Assembly (NCBI GenBank): GCA_964291625.2
Contig: OZ220089.1
Coordinates: forward strand, 352,001-416,000
Reading direction: 5' to 3'
DNA length: 64,000 bases
Origin: Candidatus Latescibacterota bacterium
Lineage (GTDB): Bacteria; Latescibacterota; UBA2968; UBA8231
Position 1 is the first letter of the stretch, and every line of letters begins with the position of its first letter. Under the pieces are notes generated by a model, which searched no databases, had not been told where the DNA came from, and saw only the letters and a list, made by a program, of their open reading frames with translations. The position numbers were made by a program, and so were the translations under genes. Shown here piece by piece: positions 26,507 through 36,900 of this stretch.

Positions 26507-28501
26507 TCAACGGACGCCGATGTATACGACATTCCCGGTCTCCCCCAGGACGGCGTCCACCACCATCCACACGGCGCCGCCCATGAGCTGTCCGGCCACG
26601 AAGCCGAGGAAGACCGGCTTCATGAACTGATAGCCAACGCTTCCCCAGAACCTGAAGATGACGGCCTTCATCAGCCAGCCGAGGAAGACGGAGAACCAGG
26701 CCCATCCCATCACCCAGCTGTCGCCTATGGGCAGGCCGATGTAGTGCAGGGGCCACCAGGGGAGCCGGTGGTTCAGGTAGATGAGCAGCCCCATGACCCC
26801 GCCGCCGACCGCCGTGAAGAGAAGGCGCGGATGTACGGTCTCCCACCCGATCGGGTTGAGCAGCTTGTCCGTCAGGAACCGGTAGGCGATGGAGGGCACG
26901 CCGAACTGCCGGAGGTTGATACCGCCGTAGGTGTAGTTGAGGTGCAGGGTGATCCACGTGGCTCCGGCCATGCTGACGACGATGGCGATGAGAATCGCCC
27001 AGAACAGGCGCCGCGGATGCCGGCACGCCGACAGGCGGCCCGTGTGGGCGAGCTTGAGCCCGTTGGCAGCGGAGGCCATCACCGTCGTTCGCATCTCCCC
27101 CGCCCACGAATAGCTCAGGCTCAGGCTGGCCAGGCCCTTCCAGCCGATGAGCTCCGTCCCCAGGGTGTAGACCGCGAAGGGCTGGGGCACCATGGTGGAG
27201 GCCGTGAAGCCTACCCCTCCCTGGGCGATGACCCGGGTGACGCCCACGAAGATCGTGAGGACAGCCAGGAGGAAGACGATGGCGGCCAGGGGAGGCATCC
27301 CGCTCAGCAGCAGCCAGGCGAAGTAGAAGACGGCGCAGGCGATCCAGAGCCAGACCGCGGCCCGATAGGACAGGATCTCGTCAGCGTCGGCCGCGTCCCT
27401 GCGCCACCGGAAGGCCGCCCCCAGGACGCGCGCGAGGTGCCCGCGGGCCGTCCACAGGATCGCCACCACCAGCACGATGATCGCCCCCATGCCCTGATGG
27501 GACAGGGCGGGAGAGGAACCGGTCAGCGACTCGTGCCGGCCGGGGAGCTCGTAGCCCACGACGTGGAAGATGCCGGTCTGGCAACGGCCCAGGAGGTGGA
27601 AGAACCACACCGAGAACGCGACCTGCAGGTTGAGGAAGTAGCTGAGGCCGATGATCGCGAAATTGACGAAGATCCGCAGCCGCACGCTGTTGCGGAACAG
27701 TGGGATCGGGTCGAGATAGGTCTCGACCTCCGGGATGAAGAAGTGGTAGTGGTGCAGACCGCGGAGCATCTGCAATGCGAAGGGAAAGGCGAAGCCGGCC
27801 CACAGGAGCCGGCTCCTGAAGAGGGGCGGCAGCACATGGTCGTCGACGCCGCGGAGCATCTCGAGGGGAAGCTGGGTCAGGGGGAAGACCAGCCGCTCCT
27901 GTTCCACCCATGGGCGGCGCAGGATGACCATGGTGCAGACCATGAGGAGGAAGACGGCGAGCATGGAGCTCCCCCACGCCAGCATGGGGACGGCCCACTC
28001 GCTCCACGGAACCCCCTGGCCCGCCGGGAGCCCCTCGTAGAAGTAGCGGGACACTTCGGGGTTTCGAGGTGCCAGCCAGCCCGGTATGAGGGGATGGACC
28101 AGGTCGACCCAGCCGTTCTCGGCGGTGGCGTAGTAGAAGGGGCGGGTGAGTATGTGGAACAGGTTGGTCACCAGCCCCCAGGTCGGAACGGCGCAGGCCA
28201 CGACCATCATGACGAAGACCACGATGAGCTCGATGCTGCTCAGTCCCCAGCCGCTGCGGATGATCTTCAGGAGAGGGTTGATGAGCCCCACGAGCACCAG
28301 GAAGAGCATCATGGCGCCGGCGGCGATGTAGTCCGAAGTCAAGCCCGCGTTCTGCAGAATGAGGACGCTGTACGGACAGGCGAGGTTGATCGCCAGGGCC
28401 AGCAACGCCCCGATGGCGATGGCCCGGAGTGTCACATCGTGATGCGGGCCCGGGGGCATGGGCTCGGCCTTCCGGGGGCTTGCCCGGGCGGGGGTGGGCA
28501 T
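26507..28501 (-). CDS. DUF6785/DUF6784-type polytopic membrane protein (putative transporter)
   Basis: Many TM segments. VTLRAIAIG, W..W..P...W, LRRPWVEQERLVFPLTQLP, LLWAGFA, WWPLHYIG and PVFLGFVAG. Alternative start 28459. Confidence 0.8.
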   Translation of the reverse strand: MPTPARASPRKAEPMPPGPHHDVTLRAIAIGALLALAINLACPYSVLILQNAGLTSDYIAAGAMMLFLVLVGLINPLLKIIRSGWGLSSIELIVVFVMMVVACAVPTWGLVTNLFHILTRPFYYATAENGWVDLVHPLIPGWLAPRNPEVSRYFYEGLPAGQGVPWSEWAVPMLAWGSSMLAVFLLMVCTMVILRRPWVEQERLVFPLTQLPLEMLRGVDDHVLPPLFRSRLLWAGFAFPFALQMLRGLHHYHFFIPEVETYLDPIPLFRNSVRLRIFVNFAIIGLSYFLNLQVAFSVWFFHLLGRCQTGIFHVVGYELPGRHESLTGSSPALSHQGMGAIIVLVVAILWTARGHLARVLGAAFRWRRDAADADEILSYRAAVWLWIACAVFYFAWLLLSGMPPLAAIVFLLAVLTIFVGVTRVIAQGGVGFTASTMVPQPFAVYTLGTELIGWKGLASLSLSYSWAGEMRTTVMASAANGLKLAHTGRLSACRHPRRLFWAILIAIVVSMAGATWITLHLNYTYGGINLRQFGVPSIAYRFLTDKLLNPIGWETVHPRLLFTAVGGGVMGLLIYLNHRLPWWPLHYIGLPIGDSWVMGWAWFSVFLGWLMKAVIFRFWGSVGYQFMKPVFLGFVAGQLMGGAVWMVVDAVLGETGNVVYIGVR

Positions 28502-28757
28502 CGGGTGCGGCCTGGGTTGTGCCGGGGAGGGCTGAACCTACGGGAGGCGCCCAGGCGCGACAACCGACCTGACCGTGTCCCCATGGTGACAGGCGTCCTG
28601 CCGGCAAGCGGGGCGGCCTCTGCCGAAGCTGCGACCTCCCGCCTCGAGGCTCCACCCCTTCAAGCCGCGCCTTGCCCCCTGCTCGCGGTCCCCGCTAACT
28701 TGCCAACATCCACGCAGATGCGGCCCTCGGGCTGCCAGCCACGCGGTGGGAGGCACG

Positions 28758-30191
28758 ATGACGACGATCCGGCTCCTCGCGGCCACCGGGCTCATACTGG
28801 CGGCCTTGACGCGCACCATGGCACAAACCGACGACCAGCTCATCCAGGAGATCATTCGCACCACCGCCCCGCTGGAGCAGCCTCGGGGCGAGCGCCTGCC
28901 CCTGTACCTGTGGCCGGCTCACGACCTGGGCACCGACGACGACGCGGAAGTGGAGACCCTGCTGCGGCAGCTGGAGGCGCGGGGCATCGCCGCCATCGCC
29001 AACTGGCGTCCCGACAACGCCGAGGCCCTTGACAAGGCCCTGCGCCTGGGCTCGATCCAGAAACGCCTGGGACTGCCGATCACCGTCAACGCCACCTCGT
29101 GCACCTACTCCTTCTTCAACGGCGACGAGGCGACCGCGCACGTGGACGTCGACGGCCAGCCCTTCTTCGATCCCTCCTTCGGCCCCCAACACATGGGGTG
29201 TCCCTTCGCCGTGGACTCGCGCACCACCGAGATGCGCCGCCGCATCGCCGAGCCCGTGGCGGCGTACGACGAGGCCGGTCTCGACATCCACATGGTCTTC
29301 GCCGACTGGGAGATCGACGGCCCCATCGAGTGGAACGAGGGCTGGGACCACTCGCGCCGCTGCATGCGCTGCCGGGCCCGCATCCCCGAGATCGACGACT
29401 TCAGCGCCTTCCAGGGCGCCCTCCGGCGGCAGCGCAGCTACCTGCAGCGGCACATGCTCGCCGAGCCCGTGCTGGCGCGCTTCCCCCGCGCCCTGGTGGG
29501 CAACTACGCCGTCTATCCCCACAACGGCTACCGCTACTGGTTCGACTACTTCGAGAAGCACACCCCGGGCACACCCCATCAGAGGGAAGGCGGCGCCCGC
29601 TACCGCCAGTGGTACCAGGAGTTCGACGGCACGGGCTACACCTTCGCCATGCCGGTGGTCTACACCTGGCAGGACATCTACGGCTGGTACGACTTCGACG
29701 TGCCCGACTACCGCTGGTTCTACAACATGCTGCTGGTGGGCAGCAACGCCGGGAAGGCGACGCCGGCCCACATCCCGCTGATCACCTTCGTCCACTGGCA
29801 CACGGTGATCCTCTCCGATCCCCCGCCGGACCACCCCCAGTTCGGCGAGGAGAAGTACCGCGAGCTGCTCTGGCACCTGCTGCTGCGCGGCCACGACGCG
29901 CTGTTCATGTGGAGTCCGCAAGACCAGGCCCTCAAGGAATCCCAGCTCGCCCACCGGGTGTACGCGGAATCCCACGAGTACCGGGACTTCCTGGCCCATG
30001 GCACGCCGGTCTCCTTCACGGTACCGAAGCAGCCGGGGCCCGTGGTCTCGGCCCTGCGGTGGGACGACCGCGTGCTGGTGCGGCGCACCGACTTCACCGA
30101 CACGGACGCCGTGGTGGAGCTCGAAGTCGACGGCCGGACCCTCGGCGTGCCGCGGCTCGAAGGAAGCTGCCGGATCATGGCGCTGGACTGA
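28758..30191 (+). CDS. Hypothetical secreted protein (possible TIM-barrel glycoside hydrolase-like)
   Basis: GGGAGG then ATG 28758. Signal peptide, aromatic-rich, FADWEIDGP and CMRC motifs. Fold assignment is weak. Confidence 0.65.
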   Translation: MTTIRLLAATGLILAALTRTMAQTDDQLIQEIIRTTAPLEQPRGERLPLYLWPAHDLGTDDDAEVETLLRQLEARGIAAIANWRPDNAEALDKALRLGSIQKRLGLPITVNATSCTYSFFNGDEATAHVDVDGQPFFDPSFGPQHMGCPFAVDSRTTEMRRRIAEPVAAYDEAGLDIHMVFADWEIDGPIEWNEGWDHSRRCMRCRARIPEIDDFSAFQGALRRQRSYLQRHMLAEPVLARFPRALVGNYAVYPHNGYRYWFDYFEKHTPGTPHQREGGARYRQWYQEFDGTGYTFAMPVVYTWQDIYGWYDFDVPDYRWFYNMLLVGSNAGKATPAHIPLITFVHWHTVILSDPPPDHPQFGEEKYRELLWHLLLRGHDALFMWSPQDQALKESQLAHRVYAESHEYRDFLAHGTPVSFTVPKQPGPVVSALRWDDRVLVRRTDFTDTDAVVELEVDGRTLGVPRLEGSCRIMALD

Positions 30192-30253
30192 GCGGTCCCT
30201 TGGCGCTCGGCAGGTCCTCCCGGCGCCTGATCGCCGTGGAGGACGAGGTCCCG

Positions 30254-32143
30254 TCAGAGTTCCCTGTACATCAGCCAGGGCACGTGGATCGACCAGGACG
30301 GGCCGAGCTGATGGAACCAGGTGGTGCGCCGGACCGACTGCTCGCGATAGGCCCGCCAGTCCCACTTGTTCCCCCCTTCCAACTCCTCCCTGGCCAGCAT
30401 GTAGTCCCTGCAGATGGGAGCGTAGTCGAGTCCCTGCCGTAGAAGACCGATCCTCGCCCGAATGGTCGCCTCACCCGCGGCGGCGAGATCCGCAGCGTCG
30501 AGCATCGCCGAGAGGCCGGCCACCGCTTCGTCGCTGTAGTGGCGCGCCATCGTCTCAGCACCGGGCCGCCGCCGTTCCCCGGCCACGGCCGCGGTGATGC
30601 GCTCGATCTCCTCGAAGTACCCGCGCACCTGCCCCGCGGCCGGTCCGAAACCGGCGGCGCAGTACTCCTCCACGAGAGCGTCCACGTCCTGCCCGGGGTC
30701 CCAGAGCAGGCGCGCGAGGACGTAGTAGTTCAGCCCGTTCGTCCCCCAGTGGCCCGTCACGCAGTCGTACTGGGCGAAGACGATGTCATTCTCGGCGTAG
30801 AACCTCAGGTCCTCTCCCAGGCGGCGGACGTACACACTCGGGAAGGCATTCAGGGCATAGGTGGAGTTGGAGTAAAGGAACAACTGGTCGGCCTTCGCGG
30901 CCCACTTTCTCCACTCGACGCGCATCTTCTCCCGCAGGTGATCGTTGACGTACATCCTCATGCCTGTCACGAAGCCGATCACCACGTTCGGATGGAGCTC
31001 GGCGTGGATCGGCGGCGTCGTGTAGTGGTGATACGCGTAGGCCCCGATGTTGCGGTCCGGCAGCTCTCGCGCCACGATGCGGGCGATGTCGCTGTAGAAG
31101 CGGACGAAGCGGTCGCTCAGGGTGACGTGGGGAATGGGGCCGTCGGGGCCGCGCATCTGGATCATCTCGCCTCCAGGGGCGTCCCAGGCCTCGCAGCGCT
31201 CGCACAGACAGAAGGTCTGGAGGCCGCCGTCGTTGGGGGAGACCGAGGCAGCATCGAGGAACGGATTCCGCTTCAACTGCTCGATCTTGTCCCTCGCGAC
31301 CCGCTCGATCAGGCCGGGGTTGGACACGCAGAGCCGGTGGCTGGGGTAGCCCTCGTTGGCCGGGCCCTCGTTGTCGCGAGTCCCGTCGGGCTGGAGGGCG
31401 AACCAGTCGGGGTGTTCCTCGTGGTGGAGGTCCCAGTAGTGGCCGAAGGCGTGGCCGAAGCTGCCGTCATAGCTGCCTCCCCCGCCGTGGAAGGCCTGCC
31501 ACTCGTCCGTCTTCCTCTGCATCTCGAGGAAGGGCTCGTGGTCCCACCCCAGGGCGTCGATCTTCGAGTGGCATACGCCGTTGTAGGCCTGGTTGAACAT
31601 GTCCCGCCGGCGGAAGCGGGGCGTCTGCCGTATCCGCACCTCCGGCACCGATATCTCCCGGCTCCGCGGCACGACCTCCCCCAGCGTACCAGGCCAGAGC
31701 CAGCGGATCCCGAGCACCTCCCGCGCGAAGAGACCGGCCGCGAAGAGCGTCCCCCGGAGCGGAAGCCCGTCCGGGCGGAGGTCGTCGCCCACGACCGCCA
31801 CCGCGCCGGGGAAGGTCCGGATACGCACCTCCTCGAGACCCAGGCCCTCCGGATCGATGTCCAGGGCGCGGGTGCGCTCCGTGTCCCCCACGAGGATGAG
31901 GACGGACTCCGGGTCCGGGGCGACATCGCTCTCATGCAGGACGGGCAGGCGGGCGCCGCTCATCTTCTCGATCCACGTCCGCAGGGCTCCCGCGGCCTCC
32001 CGGGCCGCCTCTGCGGGCGTGTCGGCCAGCACCAGGATCGCAGCCGGCTCTCCCTCTGCCACGAGCGGCAGTGGACCGGCGAAACCCGGTGCTGTCTTCA
32101 GCATGATTGCGGACAGCGCAAGGAGGGATCCTCGGCTCAGCAT
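30254..32143 (-). CDS. DUF4838 domain-containing secreted protein
   Basis: AGGAGG then ATG 32143. LGIRWLWPG, GHAF, HPDWFAL, LCVSNP, SPNDG, CLCERC, SDRF, AYAY, YVLARLLWDP and FGPAA. Confidence 0.9.
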   Translation of the reverse strand: MLSRGSLLALSAIMLKTAPGFAGPLPLVAEGEPAAILVLADTPAEAAREAAGALRTWIEKMSGARLPVLHESDVAPDPESVLILVGDTERTRALDIDPEGLGLEEVRIRTFPGAVAVVGDDLRPDGLPLRGTLFAAGLFAREVLGIRWLWPGTLGEVVPRSREISVPEVRIRQTPRFRRRDMFNQAYNGVCHSKIDALGWDHEPFLEMQRKTDEWQAFHGGGGSYDGSFGHAFGHYWDLHHEEHPDWFALQPDGTRDNEGPANEGYPSHRLCVSNPGLIERVARDKIEQLKRNPFLDAASVSPNDGGLQTFCLCERCEAWDAPGGEMIQMRGPDGPIPHVTLSDRFVRFYSDIARIVARELPDRNIGAYAYHHYTTPPIHAELHPNVVIGFVTGMRMYVNDHLREKMRVEWRKWAAKADQLFLYSNSTYALNAFPSVYVRRLGEDLRFYAENDIVFAQYDCVTGHWGTNGLNYYVLARLLWDPGQDVDALVEEYCAAGFGPAAGQVRGYFEEIERITAAVAGERRRPGAETMARHYSDEAVAGLSAMLDAADLAAAGEATIRARIGLLRQGLDYAPICRDYMLAREELEGGNKWDWRAYREQSVRRTTWFHQLGPSWSIHVPWLMYREL

Positions 32144-32197
32144 GGACGACCTCCTGACGGCCCCGGCCGGGCCGGACGAGGTGGGGATTGCCATGGT

Positions 32198-32689
32198 TCA
32201 GAGGAGGTCCGGCCAGAGGTACCGGACCAGCTGGCCCAGCCCGTAGCTCGCGCCGTTGGCGAGGAAGGAGGCCAGCATCGCCCTGGCCAGCGGGATCCTC
32301 CTTGCCACGAGCCAGAAGGTGAAGCCCTCGATGCAGGCGATGAGCAATTCGGCGACGGCGACACCGGACCAGAAGACGTGGGGCTGCTCCAGGACGAAGA
32401 AGATCGCCCGACGCCCGTACTCCTCCCTGAGGCTCTCCGGAGCGAGCAGGAGGCTGAGGGTGGCCACGTAGAACCGCGGCCAGAGGAACCACAGCACCGG
32501 GTGGGTCATGCACGTGCCCCACGCCCCGGCCACGGCCGCCCGGCGGAGGGCTATCCGGGGGCTGGCCCTGTACCTCCTGGCCATCCACACGAAAACCGGC
32601 ACCTCGACGGTCAGCGTGAAGGCAAACGACCTGAGCCAGTCCAGCTGCCGGGCCGACAGGTCGAGTGGCAGGAGATCGAGGGGCCCCAT
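32198..32689 (-). CDS. Hypothetical small membrane protein
   Basis: Four hydrophobic segments. AFTLTVEVP...THPVLW...AELL...EGF...SFLANGASY pattern. Co-oriented with its neighbours. Confidence 0.65.
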   Translation of the reverse strand: MGPLDLLPLDLSARQLDWLRSFAFTLTVEVPVFVWMARRYRASPRIALRRAAVAGAWGTCMTHPVLWFLWPRFYVATLSLLLAPESLREEYGRRAIFFVLEQPHVFWSGVAVAELLIACIEGFTFWLVARRIPLARAMLASFLANGASYGLGQLVRYLWPDLL

Positions 32690-32735
32690 CAGGACGCGGC
32701 TCCGCCGGTCGGGCCGGGCGGCGCGGCCGGCTGGA

Positions 32736-33965
32736 TCACCCGCTCACGTAGATCCGTACTTCGAAGCCCTCCATCATGGTGATGATCCCGTCCTCGATCG
32801 TCGTCAGGTCGGAGGAGACCGGCGTCAGCGGCCGCAGGTCCTCCGCATCCAGCCAGTCGAGTCCCTGGATGATGAGGTCCGCGGGAGTCCCGTCCTCGTT
32901 GATGAGAACGAGCATGGTGCGCTCGCCATGGCGGCGGGCCACGGCGGTCCCGCCGAGCAGCCACGGATACCGGTTCGGTTCGTTGACGGCCCGCACGCTG
33001 TGGATGGTGGCCGACGTCAGGAACGGGTGGAGCTGCGACAGCTCGGAGACCACGGGCAGGAGGTTGTTCATGAGGGACTCGCGGTCCTCCTCGTAGGCCG
33101 AGCCCCACCAGAAGATGCCGGTGGCGCCGTAGGCGATCGACTGCCACGCCATGTAACGCATCTGCTCCAGGGTCGGCAGGACGTGCGGCCCCTCGCGATC
33201 TGGCAGGGAGCTCCAGGAGAAGGCCTGCTGCACGATCCACAGATCGCAGCGCGGCGCCGTCTTGTGGAAGCGGTCCGTGTAGAGCCCCATGTACTGCATG
33301 GGACGGCGGTCGCTGGCGGGGATCGGGTAGTAGTCGAACCCGACGATGTCCAGGGACGGCGCGCAGCGGGCCAGCGACGCCTGGCTGCTCTGGCAGGCCT
33401 CGTTGATCCACAGGCGGCGCCCGGGATCGTGCTCGCGGATCAGGGCGGCGCCCCAAGTCAGTCCGCGGACCAGCGAGTCCATCCGCGCGATCCGGGCCTC
33501 GGCGACCTCCTTGTGGGGACCCCAGAAGCGCGGCGGCTGGGCCCGCTCCAGGCGCCAGGCCCACCAGATCGCCTCGTCGGGGGCTTCCCACACCACCAGC
33601 GCCGGGTGGTCCTTGAGGCTGTTGACGAACTCGACGAGCCTGGAGCCGCCGTCATCGTCGTGCACGATCATGGGGGCGTGAACCGTGGCGTGCATCCCCC
33701 ACTTCCAGTTCTCGTCGAGCTGCTCGCGGTTCCCGGCCTTGACGAGGTTGATCCCCGCCTCCTGCCAGCGGCGCCACTCGTCGTCGTTCCGGGGGCGCTC
33801 GTACATCCCCAGGGCGAAGAGGGGCTGCCCGTCCCGGGAGACGACCGAGCGAGCCGGGCCGCGGGCGTCGTGGTCGTCCCCGAGGGCGGCGCCCGGGAGC
33901 AGCAGGAGCCCCGCGATACACGCCGCGGCGATCCCGTCGAGGGGGGTGCTGTTCCGTGTCAGCAT
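32736..33965 (-). CDS. Secreted glycoside-hydrolase-like TIM-barrel protein
   Basis: Signal peptide. HPALVVWEAPDE, DIVGFDYYP, QQAFSW and PTLEQMRYMAWQSIAYGATGIFWW resemble clan GH-A barrels. SD GGAGG upstream. Confidence 0.75.
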   Translation of the reverse strand: MLTRNSTPLDGIAAACIAGLLLLPGAALGDDHDARGPARSVVSRDGQPLFALGMYERPRNDDEWRRWQEAGINLVKAGNREQLDENWKWGMHATVHAPMIVHDDDGGSRLVEFVNSLKDHPALVVWEAPDEAIWWAWRLERAQPPRFWGPHKEVAEARIARMDSLVRGLTWGAALIREHDPGRRLWINEACQSSQASLARCAPSLDIVGFDYYPIPASDRRPMQYMGLYTDRFHKTAPRCDLWIVQQAFSWSSLPDREGPHVLPTLEQMRYMAWQSIAYGATGIFWWGSAYEEDRESLMNNLLPVVSELSQLHPFLTSATIHSVRAVNEPNRYPWLLGGTAVARRHGERTMLVLINEDGTPADLIIQGLDWLDAEDLRPLTPVSSDLTTIEDGIITMMEGFEVRIYVSG

Positions 33966-33993
33966 GTCTCACCTCCATGAGTGAAGCCATGGG

Positions 33994-36900
33994 CTATGGC
34001 TGCAGCCGGACCAGGGTTCTCTCCACGGCCCGGCAGATCTCCTGTACGCGTTCCCAGTCCGGCGACTCCCGGTAGAGCAGGAAGGTCGAGGAGGGGCGCA
34101 ACTCCTCGAGGAGGGCCCCGGCTTCGGGGTCTCCGGTCTCGGCCGCCCGCTTCGCGAGCATGGTGAAGGCGGTGAAGTCCTCGGTGCCGTCGCGCACCGC
34201 CTGCCAGCGCCGGTTGCTGGTGAAGTGCACGCCGTCGTCGCCGATGGTCACGTAGTCGGGTTCCTCCTCGGGGCGGGTCCTCCACAGGGGCGGCCCGTGC
34301 CGCAGGCTCCAGAAGCCCCAGCCCTCCAGTCCGAGGCGGAAGGTCTCCCAGCCCGAGCCCCGGTAGAACCCCAGCGGATTGAGAACCAGGCCGTTCCCCT
34401 CGGCGACGAACCACCAGACCGGGTTCCCCTCCCGCCCCCGCATGACGGGCATGGCCTGGTCGAACAGACGTTTGAGGACCTTCATGGCCGGCTGCCAGAC
34501 GTGGGTCACCTCGGCCATCCTCTCGACCTGCTCCGCCGTGGTCGTGCCGGCGTAGTTGTTGTAGATCCGCCAACGGGGATCGCTGTCGACCAGCCGGCGC
34601 GCCCGGTCGATGAAGGTCTGCACCGAACCCTCGCCGGTGAGCCCCGGCTCGTCCTGCGGGTACACGGACCACCGGTCGGCGCCGATCCCGAGGGAGTCCA
34701 GCCGCGGGAAGACGGCGTCGGCATAGGTCCGGAAGCCCGCGAGCCACTGCTCCTCGTCCGGCTTCACCCCCTCGGGCCAGTAGATGTGGTAGTTCTGGAA
34801 GAGCAGGTGCTTCAGGGGGCCCACCGTCTCCCACATGCGGTCGAAGGCCGACCAGTCCAGGGGCTTGATCAGCCGGGTCCCGCTGGTGTCGACGTAGGCA
34901 TAAGGCAGGTTCAGAACGGCCGCGTTGACCCCCGAGCGCTTCAGGTGGACGGCCAGCCGCCGCATCCGTTCGGGGCCCTGGTGCAGGGGGTAGACCCAGG
35001 GGTGGAAGACGTAGGGCCGCTCCCAGCGGTGCTCCGGCAGGGCCACCTCCGAAACCCGCAGGCGCACTGTCAGGGTATCCCGGTACGGCGCCGGCTCCAG
35101 GGTCGTGAGGGGCCACCGGAGGGTGTACTCCCCGGCGGCCAGCCCGTAGGTGCTCACCTCCAGCCACAGGTCCTCCACCTCCCCGGGGGCCACCTCCAGG
35201 AGCTTCTCCGGACCCAGCTCCGGCAGCAGCTCCGGAACCCGCTCGTCGGTCTCCGTCCCCAGCACCCGGTAGGCGTGCTTCGACTGGAGGGAGACCACCT
35301 GGGAGAACCGGACGACCTCGTCCGCCTCGAGCTCCAGGTCGACGCTGGTGTCGGCCGCGGCGATGGCGCCGGGCTCCAGCCGCACCACCAGACCCGCCGG
35401 CGAGGTGTTGAGGACGTGGACGGCGCGGCTCTCCACCTCGTTGCCGTACCCCCAGACCTCGACCACGGGAGAGCCGAGGTCGGCCGGCAGCTCGTCCAGC
35501 GGGTTGACCAAGTCCCAGGGGTTGGGGTCCTCCCAGACGGCCAGGTCCGTGTTCGCCCTCTCCGCCGCCTGCCGCCCCGTCAGCGCCGTCAGGCCCGCTG
35601 CCCGCCGCGTCGCCTTCAACAGCAGCCGGACCCGGTCGGCCAGGGCCTCGTGCTCCCGCCAGGTGAACGACTCCAGCCCTCTCGCCCGGGCCTTCAGCAC
35701 GGCCAGGTCCCCCTGGATCTCGGCGGCCTGGTGCAGGGCGAAGCGCGCCGCCCGGGAGTGACCGTCGGCCAACGCCCCGGCCACCTTCCGGGCCTGGCCC
35801 GCCGCCGATTCGACCTGCCGGATCACCGGTCCCAGCAGATCCTCCACCTTCACCGTCCGGCGCTGCCAGCTCTTCACGCGGCCGGCCCCATCCAGGAGCC
35901 GCACCTCCACCCGGTGGTCTCCGGGCTGCCGTACGGGATACCGCAGCGCCGGCGGATCTCCGGCCCGGAGCGTGTGCAGGCGGCCCCAGCGCTCTCCGCC
36001 GGGACCGAGGACCGAGACCTCCGCGTAGTCGCCCGGCCGGGCGTCGGGCGAATCGAGATCCAGCACGTTGTATCCGTAGTGCGGCGGCGGAATGGAGCCG
36101 ACCAGCACCCCTTCCTCCCCGGGGGGGCGGGCCTCGGAGGGCTGGCGCGAGACCGGCAGCTCGTCCCCGCCCCACATGTGGCCGGCGGCGATGGCGCCGC
36201 CCTCGAAGGGGAACTCCCAGGCCGTCAGGTGCCTCTCCCCCGCGACCACCTCCAGGCGGCCGTCCCTGTCCAGGTCCGCCACCAGGGGGGCGTGGATGCC
36301 CCCGTCCTCCTGGGCCACGGCAGACAGGATCTCTCCGCTCGAGGGGTCGACCACGTACAGCCCCGTGCGCCGCTCGTCCGGCGAGTGACCCCGCACGCCC
36401 ACCACCACCTCCTGCGCACCGTCGCCGTTGAGGTCGGCCACGGCCGGCGGGAAGAAGATCCCCCGCCCGCCGAGCTGGGTGCCCCATAGGGTTTCGCCGG
36501 AGAGGCTCATGCGCGCCACCAGGGTCGACTTGCCGGTGACGATCAGGTCGTGGACTCCGTCTCCCTCCAGGTCTGCCGCGATCAGCCCCAGGTACCCGAA
36601 GTAGCTCGGCTGCGGCTCGACCCACGCCACGGCGCCCGTCGGCCCGTCCAGCCGCACCACGAAGTTGCGCACGCAGTCCAGGAAGTAGACCTCGGTGCGG
36701 CCGTCCCCGTCCCCGTCCATGACCATCGGCCGGTTGCGGCTGAAGACGGCTCCGTGGTCCGACAGGTCCGCCTGCCAGAGGAGCTGGCCCGAGCCCGACA
36801 GGGCCAGGACCCGCGAGTCGCTGCCGTAGACGACCTCGTCCCGGCCGTCGCCGTCCAGGTCCGCCGCCACCGGCGCCGAGGCCAGCCCCCAGCGGGCGTT

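Noticed and set aside
28502-28757. Divergent intergenic region as a regulatory element
   Set aside because: No convincing promoter boxes, operator palindrome or riboswitch could be supported by eye.
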